From assembly GCA_016712475.1 (NCBI GenBank), contig JADJRA010000001.1:1733414-1797413 (forward strand): DNA of 64,000 nucleotides. The letters run 5' to 3'. Shown here piece by piece: positions 49,451-58,622 of the stretch. Source of the DNA: Deltaproteobacteria bacterium. GTDB taxonomy: Bacteria > Myxococcota_A > Polyangia > Nannocystales > Nannocystaceae. The notes below the pieces were generated by a model. The model saw only the letters and a list, made by a program, of their open reading frames with translations. It searched no databases and was not told where the DNA came from. A program made the position numbers and the translations under genes. The stretch's first letter is position 1. Each line of letters opens with the position of its first letter.

Positions 49451-50002
49451 ATGGCATTCCTCGGCCTGCTGAAGCAGCTTCGCGCGCGCTTCGGGGCCGA
49501 CGCCGTCGCCGCGGCCTTGCCGACGTGGGGCGACGAGCTGGCCGCGATCTGCGGCGAGCGGCTATCGAAGACCGAGTGGTACCCCTACGCCGCGTTCGTG
49601 CAGCTGCTGGAGGGCTCGGAGCGCGACTTCGGCGATGGCGACGGCGCGCTGGTGTCGGTGCTCGGCGAGGGCGCGGCACGCAGCGATCTCGGCGGTGGCG
49701 CGTTCTCGATCCTGCGTGTGCTGGCCTCGCCCCGCCACCTCATCGGCTCCTGCGAGCGGGTGTGGCCGCGCTACTACGAGCACGCCGGTCGCATGGTCGC
49801 GCTCGCGACCGAGCCGAACGACACCGTGCTGCGCATCCTCGACTTCCCGAGCATGGCCCGGCTGCACTGCCGCATGATGGAAGGGTGGATGATCTCGGCG
49901 ATGGCTCAGCTCGGCGCACGCGTGGCGCCGGGGGGCCGTGAGACCGTCTGCGTGAGCGACGGCGGCCCGTTCCACGAGTTTCGTTGCCGCTGGACCACGT
50001 GA
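49451..50002 (+). CDS. Hypothetical protein (~183 aa), only plus-strand gene inside the sugar cluster
   Basis: ATG at 49451 (MAFLGLLKQLRARFG...). Coherent composition. The ORF as listed starts at 49391. Confidence 0.45.
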   Translation: MAFLGLLKQLRARFGADAVAAALPTWGDELAAICGERLSKTEWYPYAAFVQLLEGSERDFGDGDGALVSVLGEGAARSDLGGGAFSILRVLASPRHLIGSCERVWPRYYEHAGRMVALATEPNDTVLRILDFPSMARLHCRMMEGWMISAMAQLGARVAPGGRETVCVSDGGPFHEFRCRWTT

Positions 50003-50012
50003 TCGCGGACGT

Positions 50013-50678
50013 TCAGGTCCCGACGCGCGCCAGCGGCGATGAGGCTGCGATCGCCACCGACGCTTCGTTGCGACGCTGGCCGGCCGCGACCGCGTGGGTC
50101 AGCCAGCTGGTCATCATGTGCGAGAGCACGCCGTGCGCCCCCTCGACCAGGCCGTAGTCGCGACACGGCACGAGAATCGGGAAGTCGCACAGCGCCATCG
50201 CCTTGCCGCCCTCGAAGCCAAGGAAGCCGACCGTGATCACGCCCTGGGCGCGGGCGACCTGCAGGGCCTCGACGACGTTGGGCGAGTTGCCGCTGGCGGT
50301 GATCACGATGAGGACGTCGCCCTCACTCGCCGCCGTGCGCAGCGGCTCCGAGAACACGCAATCGAAGGTCTCGTCGTTGGCCCACGCCGTCATGCGCGCG
50401 ACGTTGTCGACCAGCGAGTGCACGCGAAAGCGCTTGCGCGCGCTGCGGGGGTCCTTGCCGCTGACGGTCTTCTCGAAGTCGCACGCCAGATGACTGGCCG
50501 CCGACGCGCTGCCGCCGTTGCCAGCCACGAACACCCACGCCCCGCGCTCGTACGCGGCCAGCAGCGCGCGATTGGCCGCGATGACCTGCGCCTGGTCGAT
50601 GCGGGCGAGCACCTCACCGACGCTCGCGAGGTAGGTCTGCGTGAAGAGGTCGATGCCGTACTCGTTGTCGTCGTTCAT
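50013..50678 (-). CDS. gmhA: D-sedoheptulose-7-phosphate isomerase (SIS domain, GmhA)
   Basis: ATG at 50678 (MNDDNEYGIDLF...). VFVAGNGGSASAASHLACDF and VLIVITASGNSPNVVEALQVA are hallmarks of the GmhA SIS fold. Confidence 0.85.
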   Translation of the reverse strand: MNDDNEYGIDLFTQTYLASVGEVLARIDQAQVIAANRALLAAYERGAWVFVAGNGGSASAASHLACDFEKTVSGKDPRSARKRFRVHSLVDNVARMTAWANDETFDCVFSEPLRTAASEGDVLIVITASGNSPNVVEALQVARAQGVITVGFLGFEGGKAMALCDFPILVPCRDYGLVEGAHGVLSHMMTSWLTHAVAAGQRRNEASVAIAASSPLARVGT

Positions 50679-51436
50679 GGGCGCGCTCTCGCGATGGCGA
50701 AGGGGTCGGAGGCAAGGGTGCCGGCCGCGATCGCCTCGCGGGCGAGCTCGAGGCGGGCGGGGGAGTCGATCGCGACGCGGAAGCCGTCGAGCCGCTGGGC
50801 CGCCAGGCGACCACTGCGGGCCAGCGTCGGGAACACGTGGGCCGGCAGGTCGCAGATCGGCAGCGATGGAATCGCCGCGCGTGCCCGCGGCGACAGCACG
50901 CACACGCCCGAGAACGCCCACCACGGGATGTGCCCCTGCGCGACGCGGGTCGGACGCTCGAGGAAGTCGACCACGCGGTCGTCGGCGTCGAGCACCGCGC
51001 GGCTGTTGGTGCCGATGCGCTGGTGCACGAGGATGGTGCCCCAGGCCTGCTGCTGGCGGTGGTGCGCCAGCAGGCCCGCGAGGTCGTGGTCGGTCAGCAC
51101 ATCGCCGTAGTGGACCAGGAGGTCGTCGTCCTCGCCGAAGCACTCGGCGAGCTCGCGCACGGTGCCCGCGGTGCCGCGCGGCGCAGACTCGTGCACGAAG
51201 TGCACCCGCACGCCGTGCCGTGAGCCGTCGCCGAGCACGGGGAAGAAGCGCTCGGCGAGGTGGTGGATGTTGATCCACACGTCGGACACGCCGGCGATCG
51301 CGAGCCGGGCGACGATGTGCTCGAGGATCGAACGATCGCCCACCGATAGCAGCGGCTTGGGCGTGTCCTCGCACAGCGCGCCCAGGCGCGTGCCGAAGCC
51401 CGCACACGGCACCAACGCGTTCAGCCGACGAGCCAC
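50675..51436 (-). CDS. Sugar-1-phosphate nucleotidyltransferase (HddC/RmlA-like), probable heptose-1-P NTase
   Basis: LVPCAGFGTRLG is the G-x-G-T-R-L signature. The start is uncertain: GTG at 51436 overlaps the gmhB end by 16 nt, or an in-frame CTG further in. Confidence 0.7.
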   Translation of the reverse strand: MARRLNALVPCAGFGTRLGALCEDTPKPLLSVGDRSILEHIVARLAIAGVSDVWINIHHLAERFFPVLGDGSRHGVRVHFVHESAPRGTAGTVRELAECFGEDDDLLVHYGDVLTDHDLAGLLAHHRQQQAWGTILVHQRIGTNSRAVLDADDRVVDFLERPTRVAQGHIPWWAFSGVCVLSPRARAAIPSLPICDLPAHVFPTLARSGRLAAQRLDGFRVAIDSPARLELAREAIAAGTLASDPFAIARARP

Positions 51437-52020
51437 TGTGCGGCCTCCATCAGCGTCGAGCAGCAGTGGTCGGCGGGGGCCGGCGTCACCCGCAGTGCCG
51501 ACACGATGGCCGGGTCGTCGTGGCGACCGCTGTGCAGCCACACGGTGCGACAGCCGGCCGCCTGACCCGCCGCGACGTCCGAGGGACGATCACCGATCAT
51601 GATGGACTCATGGGGATCGAGGCCGAGCTCGGCAATGGCCCGCAGCAACATCCCGGGCGCCGGCTTGCGGCACGTGCACGCGACCCGGTACGCCTCGAGA
51701 TCGGCGTTGGGGTGGTGTGGGCACAGGTAGAACGCGGCCAGCGGCACACCACCGCGCTCGACGATGGTGGCCTCGATCCGCTGTTGCAGCGTGCGAACCG
51801 CCAGCTCGTCGAGCAGCCCGCGGGCGATCACGGTCTGGTTGCTGATGCCGACGAGCACGTAGCCCGCGGCATGCAAGCGTGCCAGCGCGGCGGGCACGTC
51901 GTCGGGGATCTCGGCGTCTTCGAAGCGGGCCAGCGGTCCACGGTCGTGCACGAGCACGCCGTCGCGATCGAGGAACACCGCGCGACGGCGCGGCGTGCCC
52001 TCGACCTCGGGCGTGCTCAC
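51421..52020 (-). CDS. gmhB: D,D-heptose 1,7-bisphosphate phosphatase (HAD family, GmhB)
   Basis: GTGA coupling to the kinase stop. AVFLDRDGVL (DxD), GISNQ, and Zn-binding CPHHP...CTCRKP motifs of GmhB. Confidence 0.8.
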   Translation of the reverse strand: MSTPEVEGTPRRRAVFLDRDGVLVHDRGPLARFEDAEIPDDVPAALARLHAAGYVLVGISNQTVIARGLLDELAVRTLQQRIEATIVERGGVPLAAFYLCPHHPNADLEAYRVACTCRKPAPGMLLRAIAELGLDPHESIMIGDRPSDVAAGQAAGCRTVWLHSGRHDDPAIVSALRVTPAPADHCCSTLMEAAQWLVG

Positions 52021-53123
52021 GGCCGCACCCCGGCGACGCGCAGCTGCGGCACGCCGGTGAGCTCGCGCAGCGAAGCCAGCAGCGTCGCGCGTCGGATCGA
52101 CGCGCTGTTGCCCATCACGGCCACCATCTGCGCCCCGGCGAGGTTGCCCAGGATGCCGGCGATGTTGGGCTCGAGACCGGCCGCGATCGCCATCGACGAC
52201 AGCGCGAGCACGGCGTCGCCGGCCCCGATGCGCTCGACGACGGTGTCGGCGAGCGCGGGGCAGCGATGGATGCCCGACCCGCGGGACCACAGCATGGTGC
52301 CGTGCTTGCCGAGCGTGGCCATCATCGCGCGAGCCCCCATCCGCACCGCGGTGCGCTCGAGCAGGGGTGCGAGGTCGCTGGTGAGGTCACGGGCGTCGAG
52401 CCGCAGCTCGCCCTCGTGCAGGCACGCGTAGTCGGCCCGCGGGTACTTCGAGAGCACGTGATAGCCGGTGTTCGCCGCGTTCAGCTGGGTGTTCACCGCC
52501 AGGAACGGCGCCTTCGCGGTCAGCAGGTCCACCGCCGCGGGCGTCAGCAGGCCGTGGCCGTAGTCGGTGACGATGCAGAGGTCGCAGCGCGAGAGCGCGT
52601 CGTCGAGCCGACGCAGGAACGCCCGCTCGTCGTCGCCGGCGATGGGCGTGAGGTCCATGTGGTAGACGCCCATCATCTTCGCGCGGGAGTAGGCATCGAT
52701 GTAGCGTCGCTTCACGATGGTGGGGGATCCCGTCATCGTGGCGAAGCTCGCGCGCACGTGGCCCCGCAGCGACTGTCGCACGAACTCCTCGCGCGGCTCG
52801 ACGGTGCCGAGCGCACTGACGACCTCGACGTCGCCACAGAACTCGGCGACATGGTTGGCGACCGCGAGCACACCGCCGGCCTGCGCATCGCAGCGCAGGA
52901 AGCGGTTCACGATCATTGGCTCCTTGCCGCTCTTGCCGATCGCGTCGCAGTACGCGTACTCGTCGATGATGGTCTCGCCGACCACCGCCACGCGCAGGCC
53001 CTGCATCGATTGCAGGCCGTCGTGGATGTCCTCGAGCGAGAGGCTGGCGGCGATCTGCTCGCGGGTCGGAGTGCGATCGTCGAACGAGGTGCGATCGTCA
53101 GGCTGAGACATTGCGTCCTCCAT
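52017..53123 (-). CDS. PfkB-family sugar kinase (D-beta-D-heptose-7-phosphate kinase-like)
   Basis: ATG at 53123 (MEDAMSQ...). PfkB fold with GAGDAVLA (DTxGAGD-type) near the C-terminus and AVVGETIIDEY near the N-terminus. Confidence 0.8.
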   Translation of the reverse strand: MEDAMSQPDDRTSFDDRTPTREQIAASLSLEDIHDGLQSMQGLRVAVVGETIIDEYAYCDAIGKSGKEPMIVNRFLRCDAQAGGVLAVANHVAEFCGDVEVVSALGTVEPREEFVRQSLRGHVRASFATMTGSPTIVKRRYIDAYSRAKMMGVYHMDLTPIAGDDERAFLRRLDDALSRCDLCIVTDYGHGLLTPAAVDLLTAKAPFLAVNTQLNAANTGYHVLSKYPRADYACLHEGELRLDARDLTSDLAPLLERTAVRMGARAMMATLGKHGTMLWSRGSGIHRCPALADTVVERIGAGDAVLALSSMAIAAGLEPNIAGILGNLAGAQMVAVMGNSASIRRATLLASLRELTGVPQLRVAGVRP

Positions 53124-54159
53124 GGGCGGCCGCCCCGAGGTGTCGAAACCACGCGTCGGTCGCGACCGCAATCGACTCCGGCGTCCACACCGGCGCGTCG
53201 CGCCAGTCGTCGATGTGCGAGAGCAGTCGTGCGACGCCCTCTTCGATGCCCACCTTGGCGTGCCACCCGAGCAGGCGCTCGATCAGGCCGGTGTCGGCGT
53301 GGGTCCGGTCGGGCTCGCCGGGGCGCTTGGGCAGATGCACGACGGGGCCGCCGAGCAACCGCACGATGTCGGCCACCGCGACCGGTCGACCGGTGCCGAC
53401 GTTCATCGCGACCCCGCAGATCGAGCTCTCGGCCGCGCACACGAAGGCATCGACCACGTCGGTCACGTAGGTGAAGTCGCGCGACTGCGAGCCGTCGCCG
53501 ACCACCGTATAGGGCTTGCCGGCCAGGCGCTGCGCGAGGAAGACCCCGAACATCGCGCCGTAGGTGCCGCTGGTGCGTGCGCGCGGCCCGTAGACGTTGA
53601 AGAGCCGCAGCGCCACCACCGGCAGGCCGTAGACCTGCCCCCAGTGCATCACCGCCTGCTCACCGAGATACTTGGTGAGGGCGTAGGGGTACTGCGGTCG
53701 GCAGGGCGCCTGCTCCGGCGTCGGGTAGTGCTCGGGGATGCCGTAGCACGATGACGACGCGGCGTAGAGGAAGCGCTCGACCCCCGCCGCGCGGGCTGCC
53801 TCGAGCACCGCCATGGTGCCGTCGACGTTCGCGTGGGCATACGCGAGCGGCGACTCGATGGAGGGCACGATGTCGGCGAGCGCGGCGAGGTGGAACACGC
53901 GCTGGCAGCCCTGCACGATCGGCCGCACCGCCGCGATGTCGGCGACGTCGACCCGATGGAACTCGAGCGCGGGGTTGCCTTCGTGGTGCGCGAGGTTGCT
54001 CAGCCGACCGATCGAGAGATCGTCGAGCACCCGCACTCGCCAGCCCTCCGCGAGCAGCCGATCGCAGAGGTGGCTGCCGATGAAGCCCGCACCGCCGGTC
54101 ACCAGCGCGGTTCCGCGGTGGCCCTGCTGCGCGCCCTTTGCCGTGTCGGTGTCGTCCAA
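53098..54159 (-). CDS. NAD-dependent epimerase/dehydratase (UDP-glucuronate decarboxylase / 4,6-dehydratase-like SDR)
   Basis: ALVTGGAGFIGSHL and YALTKY (YxxxK). Probable TTG start at 54159, preceded by GGGAGA 7 nt upstream. The ORF as listed extends to 54261. Confidence 0.75.
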   Translation of the reverse strand: MDDTDTAKGAQQGHRGTALVTGGAGFIGSHLCDRLLAEGWRVRVLDDLSIGRLSNLAHHEGNPALEFHRVDVADIAAVRPIVQGCQRVFHLAALADIVPSIESPLAYAHANVDGTMAVLEAARAAGVERFLYAASSSCYGIPEHYPTPEQAPCRPQYPYALTKYLGEQAVMHWGQVYGLPVVALRLFNVYGPRARTSGTYGAMFGVFLAQRLAGKPYTVVGDGSQSRDFTYVTDVVDAFVCAAESSICGVAMNVGTGRPVAVADIVRLLGGPVVHLPKRPGEPDRTHADTGLIERLLGWHAKVGIEEGVARLLSHIDDWRDAPVWTPESIAVATDAWFRHLGAAAHGGRNVSA

Positions 54160-54333
54160 CGTGCGATCTCCCGCTGACGGGAGGTTCGTAGTGACGTGGA
54201 CCGGCCCGTGCCAGTGCCAGGGCGGCGGGGCGCCCCACTTCGACGCTTCGGCGGGCCGCAATCGGGACGCCCATGGCCGCCGCGCGTCCGCTCGGACGGC
54301 GCGCGACGGGGATCCTGCGGCGAAGCGACGCGG

Positions 54334-56205
54334 CTACCGGCGTCCGCGACGGCGACGCACGAGCGCCAGCGCAAGCAGCCACGGCGCACCGACCAGCCCA
54401 CGATCGCGCGGGCCGACCACACACGCACAGCCGCCGCCACCATCGGTACCGGTGGGGCCGCCGCTGCTCGTGCTGCCGTCGGCGGCGAGCGTGGTGCTGC
54501 TCTCGCCGAGCGTGGTCGCGCCCACCGAGGTATCCGCGACGCCGGTGGTCGAGCCGCCGGTGGTTCCGCCGGTGGTCGAGGTGCCAGTGCCCTCACCTGT
54601 GCCGGTGCCGGTCGAGGTGCCCGCGACGGCACCGAAGTTCACGATCGGGATCGAGATCGACTGCTCGCCGAGGGTCTCTGGCGTCGCGCCGCCGGCGAGG
54701 TCGAACAGCTCCGCGACGTGCTCCCCCGCAGCACCGCCGTTGTCCCCGAGGAACTCGATGTACTCGGGCGTGTTCAGCAGGTAGCGCATGCGGACGTGGA
54801 CGACCAGCAGATCGTCGTTGGGATCGTCGGGGGTCGCGTCGACGACCTGCGGCATCGGCTCGAGCACGTAGCTGTGATCGTCGAAGTTGGGCCAGGTCCC
54901 ACCGGGCTGCAGCTGGTAGCGATCGCCGACCGGATCGGTCTGCGGATCGGCGATCAGACCCAGCGGCGGGATGCGATTGTCGAGGACCCAGTGGTTGTTG
55001 CGCAGCAGGTGCAGCTCGGTGCCATCGGCGAAGTCCTCCGCGATGGCCTCGTAGGTGCGGATCTGGCCATCGCGCTGCAGGCCGTTGTCGGCGTCCCACG
55101 AGCCCGAGCTGTAGAGCACCTCGCCGTTGTACTCGGCGGTCATCTCGAGCCAGGCCACGCGACCCTCGGCGTAGCCGCTCGGCAGCTTGTGGCCGGTGTT
55201 GTTGGCCACGCGCACGCCGAGATCGGCGATGCCCTGCTCGAGGTCGACGGTGTTGGGCGCGAGGATGCTGATGCTCGCGGCACCCTCGAGCAGATCGTCG
55301 TAGCGCGCCATGGTGTTGTCGAAGGAGCTGTCCGGCAACACGTTCGCGCCGGCCGAGCCGTACTCCTGCTTGAGCAGCGAGACCACGAAGCGATTGGCGC
55401 CCACGAGGTCGTGGCGACGGCCGCCGCTGGGGTGCGACTGCACCGGCTGGTACTGCGTGCACGCAGCGATGTCGTCGACCTCGGGCATGTGGCAGTCCTG
55501 ACAGCTCAGGAACGCCGGGCCTTCGATGGCGTAGTCGCTGTTGAGCCACTCGCTGTAGGTGCGCTGCTCGTTGAATGGCGTGCCCATGCCCACGCCGGCG
55601 TCATCGACCCGCTCGAGCGGCGTGCTGACGTCGTGGCACGTGCCACACAGCCGCGACGAGCCGATGTAGGGGTCGTACAGCCATGCGTGCGGCGGCGGCA
55701 GCAGGCCGTCGCTGTAGTCCCACGGGCCGCGGCGCGGCACGTTGGTGTCGACGAACACGTCGTCGATGGTGTAGTTCGCGTTGCCGACCGGTGCCTCGAG
55801 GTCTTCCATCGCGCGATGGCAGATCTCGCACTCGACACCCGACAGCTCGTCGCTGGTCAGCTCGTCGATGCTCGTCACATCGCCGTGGCCATCGAGGAAG
55901 GCCCGCGGCGCGTGGCAGCGGATGCACAGCTCGGTCTCGCCGGGGGCGTCATCCGCCGCGACCGCGACCGCGCCCCAGAACACGGGATCGCGGCCGGCAT
56001 TCGCCATCATCGAGCCCTGCCAGGTGCGAAACGGCGAGAAGGGGGGCTCGGCCGCCATCGAGGCGGGGTTCGGGAACAGGTGGCAGTTCTCGCACTCGTC
56101 GGTGGTGTTGAGCGGATTGACGAGGGTGCCGGGTTCGGTCGGCGCCGCGATCGCGTGCGCCGGGACCAGTGCCAGCACGGTGATCGCGAGCGCCCGGCGG
56201 CTCAC
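54334..56205 (-). CDS. Penta-heme c-type cytochrome with MYXO-CTERM
   Basis: GTG at 56205 overlaps the FG-GAP gene stop (GTGA). Signal peptide VSRRALAITVLALVPAHA. Five CxxCH motifs (CENCH, CIRCH, CEICH, CGTCH, CQDCH). Tail GGGGCACVVGPRDRGLVGAPWLLALALVRRRRGRR. Confidence 0.8.
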   Translation of the reverse strand: MSRRALAITVLALVPAHAIAAPTEPGTLVNPLNTTDECENCHLFPNPASMAAEPPFSPFRTWQGSMMANAGRDPVFWGAVAVAADDAPGETELCIRCHAPRAFLDGHGDVTSIDELTSDELSGVECEICHRAMEDLEAPVGNANYTIDDVFVDTNVPRRGPWDYSDGLLPPPHAWLYDPYIGSSRLCGTCHDVSTPLERVDDAGVGMGTPFNEQRTYSEWLNSDYAIEGPAFLSCQDCHMPEVDDIAACTQYQPVQSHPSGGRRHDLVGANRFVVSLLKQEYGSAGANVLPDSSFDNTMARYDDLLEGAASISILAPNTVDLEQGIADLGVRVANNTGHKLPSGYAEGRVAWLEMTAEYNGEVLYSSGSWDADNGLQRDGQIRTYEAIAEDFADGTELHLLRNNHWVLDNRIPPLGLIADPQTDPVGDRYQLQPGGTWPNFDDHSYVLEPMPQVVDATPDDPNDDLLVVHVRMRYLLNTPEYIEFLGDNGGAAGEHVAELFDLAGGATPETLGEQSISIPIVNFGAVAGTSTGTGTGEGTGTSTTGGTTGGSTTGVADTSVGATTLGESSTTLAADGSTSSGGPTGTDGGGGCACVVGPRDRGLVGAPWLLALALVRRRRGRR

Positions 56206-58229
56206 TTCGCCGCGCCTCCACGTCGGCGCCGCACGCCCACGGCGAACGCGACCAACAGCCACGGCCAGCCGCGCGACGGCTGCCCCGCGTCGCAGCTACA
56301 GCCGCCGGCGCCGTCGTCCTGCGCCGCGCCGCTGCTGCTGTCGTCGAGGCCACCGCTGCTCTCGCCCGCCGTCACCGTCGCAGACTCGCTGTTGCCGGCG
56401 GTCACGGTCGCGCCGCCGCTGGTGTCCGCACCACCGCCGGTGGTCTCACCGCCACCACCGCTGCTGCCGCCACTGCTGCTGCTCGAGCATTCGAGCCCCT
56501 CGTCGATCGTGCCGTCGCAGGTGTTGTCGGCGTCGTCGCAGACCTCGACGTTGCCCGGGAAGTTGGCGCCGTCGGTGTCGTCGCAGTCGGTGGCGTCGGC
56601 GACGTAGCCCTCGGGCGGGACGCAGCCGCCGATGGTGTCCTCGAGGTTGCCGTAGCCGTCCATGTCGGCGTCGCGGTACCACGTGTCCGGGCAGCCCTCG
56701 GTGACGTGGATGGTGCGATCGATCGGCGGATCGAGCAGGGTGTCGACGTGGCCGGAGGGCCACCGCACGACGATGCTCTCGGCCGAGGTCGCCGAGCCGA
56801 GTCCGAAGTGCCGCGTCGCGGCATTGACGATGCCGTACGCCTCACCGGCCCGGACCTCGCGGACCTGCGTGCCCAGGTCGCTGGTGACCTCCACGCGCGC
56901 CCCGACGGCGCTGCGGTTGCTCTCGACGCCCGTGAGCCACACGTTCACGTAGTGGTTGTCGTTGCCGGGATTGATGAACATCCGGTCGGCGACGTTGCTG
57001 GGCTCGTTGTAGCCGGTCGCGAAGCCGGCCAACACATCGGGGAAGCCATCGTCGTTGAAGTCGCCGATGACCGCGCTCTGGATGCCGTGGTTGTCGGCCG
57101 GGAACGGATCCATCATCGCCGTGAAGGTCAGATCGCCACCGTTGTTGAGGAACAGCCGGTGCTCGCCGGCGCGGCCCGTGACCAACAAGTCGATGAAGCC
57201 GTCGTTGTCGAAGTCCTCGAAGTGGGTCTGGATGCCGAGGTCGATCGCGTCGAGGTCGGCGATCATGCCGGAGTCCGCGGTGACATCCGTGAAGATGCCG
57301 AGCTCCGCACCCGGGCCCATGTTCTCGTAGAGGCGGCTGCCGATGTTGTGGGTGATGAGGAACGCGTCGAGATCGCCATCGTTGTCGATGTCGCCGAAGT
57401 CGGCCGACCACGATTGCGCGAGCGGCCGCAGGCCTGCGGCCTCGGCGACGTCGGTGTAGTTGCCGCTGCCGTCGTTCTGGAACAGCAGGTTGAGGCGACG
57501 GCCGTCCATTGGGTTGTTCACGCCGAGCCGACACTTGGCGATGTACAGGTCGATGTCGCCGTCGTTGTCGTAGTCGGTCCAGGTGGTGCCGTAGTTGCCG
57601 CTCGAGTCGGAGGGGATCGTCGACTGCGGCACGATGATGGTCGGGTCGTACGCCAGCGCGCCGGTGCCATCACCGCGGTAGCGGGAGGCGATGCCATCGT
57701 CGTGGCAGGCGAACAGGTCCAGCTCGCCGTCGTTGTCGATGTCGGCGAAGTTGGTGCACTGCACGAAGATGTCGGGGCCGTCGAGGAAGCCGGTCTGGAA
57801 GTCGGCGCCGTCGTCGTCGGCGAGCAACAGCTTGAGGCCGTCGTAGAAGCCGCCGGTGAAGATGTCGGCGTAGCCGTTGCGATCGACGTCGGCGATCGCC
57901 ATGCCCCACGAGTTGCCCTGGATGGAGCCGTAGTCGAGCAACACGAAGCTGCCGTCGGGCTGCTGGTACTCGATCTCGAGCGACTGCGTCTCGTCGAGCC
58001 GGATGAGGTCGTCGAGGCCGTCCTCGTTCATGTCCCAGGTGCCCATGACGACACCGCTGTGCAGCGAGGGGTTGTTGAGCGAGGCGCTCTCGTTGGTGAA
58101 GGGCTCGAGCGCGAGCGCTTCGGCGGGCAGCGTCAGCGCGAGGAGCCCCAACCAGCGGGTTCGCAGGGTCGCGTGGGATGAGCGCAGTCGAGGGGTCGCG
58201 GACGCACGCAGCTTGTTCGAGCGGATCAT
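56202..58229 (-). CDS. FG-GAP/VCBS-repeat (ASPIC/UnbV, CRTAC1-like) secreted protein with MopE-type metal-binding motif and MYXO-CTERM
   Basis: AGAGG Shine-Dalgarno then ATG at 58229. Signal peptide MIRSNKLRASATPRLRSSHATLRTRWLGLLALTLPAEALA. Repeated DxDxDG(D/E)xD FG-GAP units. CDDTDGANFPGNVEVCDDADNTCDGTIDEG motif. Tail GAGGCSCDAGQPSRGWPWLLVAFAVGVRRRRGG. Confidence 0.8.
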   Translation of the reverse strand: MIRSNKLRASATPRLRSSHATLRTRWLGLLALTLPAEALALEPFTNESASLNNPSLHSGVVMGTWDMNEDGLDDLIRLDETQSLEIEYQQPDGSFVLLDYGSIQGNSWGMAIADVDRNGYADIFTGGFYDGLKLLLADDDGADFQTGFLDGPDIFVQCTNFADIDNDGELDLFACHDDGIASRYRGDGTGALAYDPTIIVPQSTIPSDSSGNYGTTWTDYDNDGDIDLYIAKCRLGVNNPMDGRRLNLLFQNDGSGNYTDVAEAAGLRPLAQSWSADFGDIDNDGDLDAFLITHNIGSRLYENMGPGAELGIFTDVTADSGMIADLDAIDLGIQTHFEDFDNDGFIDLLVTGRAGEHRLFLNNGGDLTFTAMMDPFPADNHGIQSAVIGDFNDDGFPDVLAGFATGYNEPSNVADRMFINPGNDNHYVNVWLTGVESNRSAVGARVEVTSDLGTQVREVRAGEAYGIVNAATRHFGLGSATSAESIVVRWPSGHVDTLLDPPIDRTIHVTEGCPDTWYRDADMDGYGNLEDTIGGCVPPEGYVADATDCDDTDGANFPGNVEVCDDADNTCDGTIDEGLECSSSSSGGSSGGGGETTGGGADTSGGATVTAGNSESATVTAGESSGGLDDSSSGAAQDDGAGGCSCDAGQPSRGWPWLLVAFAVGVRRRRGGAAK

Positions 58230-58622
58230 GGGGGTAGCCTCTGCCAGGCACGACCATACCCCAGGGTCCCCGCAAGGGTTTGTCGACGGTTGCGGCGCGG
58301 GCCCGCCAACGACGACGCCACGGCACTCGCGCCCGCACGTCGCCGCGTCGTCTGCGATGGCGCCTTCGCACGCGCAGCGGCGGTCATGCGCCACGATGCA
58401 GCCCCAGACGGGCGGATACCCCCTGTCGCGCGTCGTTGCGCGCGCTACGACCGCTACGATGCGTGCGTTCGTTGACTCACGAACGCCGCACACGATGTGG
58501 GCGAGATGCTGCAGATCCGGAACGCGCGACTCGGGCAGCGCGACGCCGACGGATGCGAGCACGCGCTCAGGATCGCCGAACCCATCGCTTGATGCGCACG
58601 CGCCTCGCATCACGTGGTCGGC

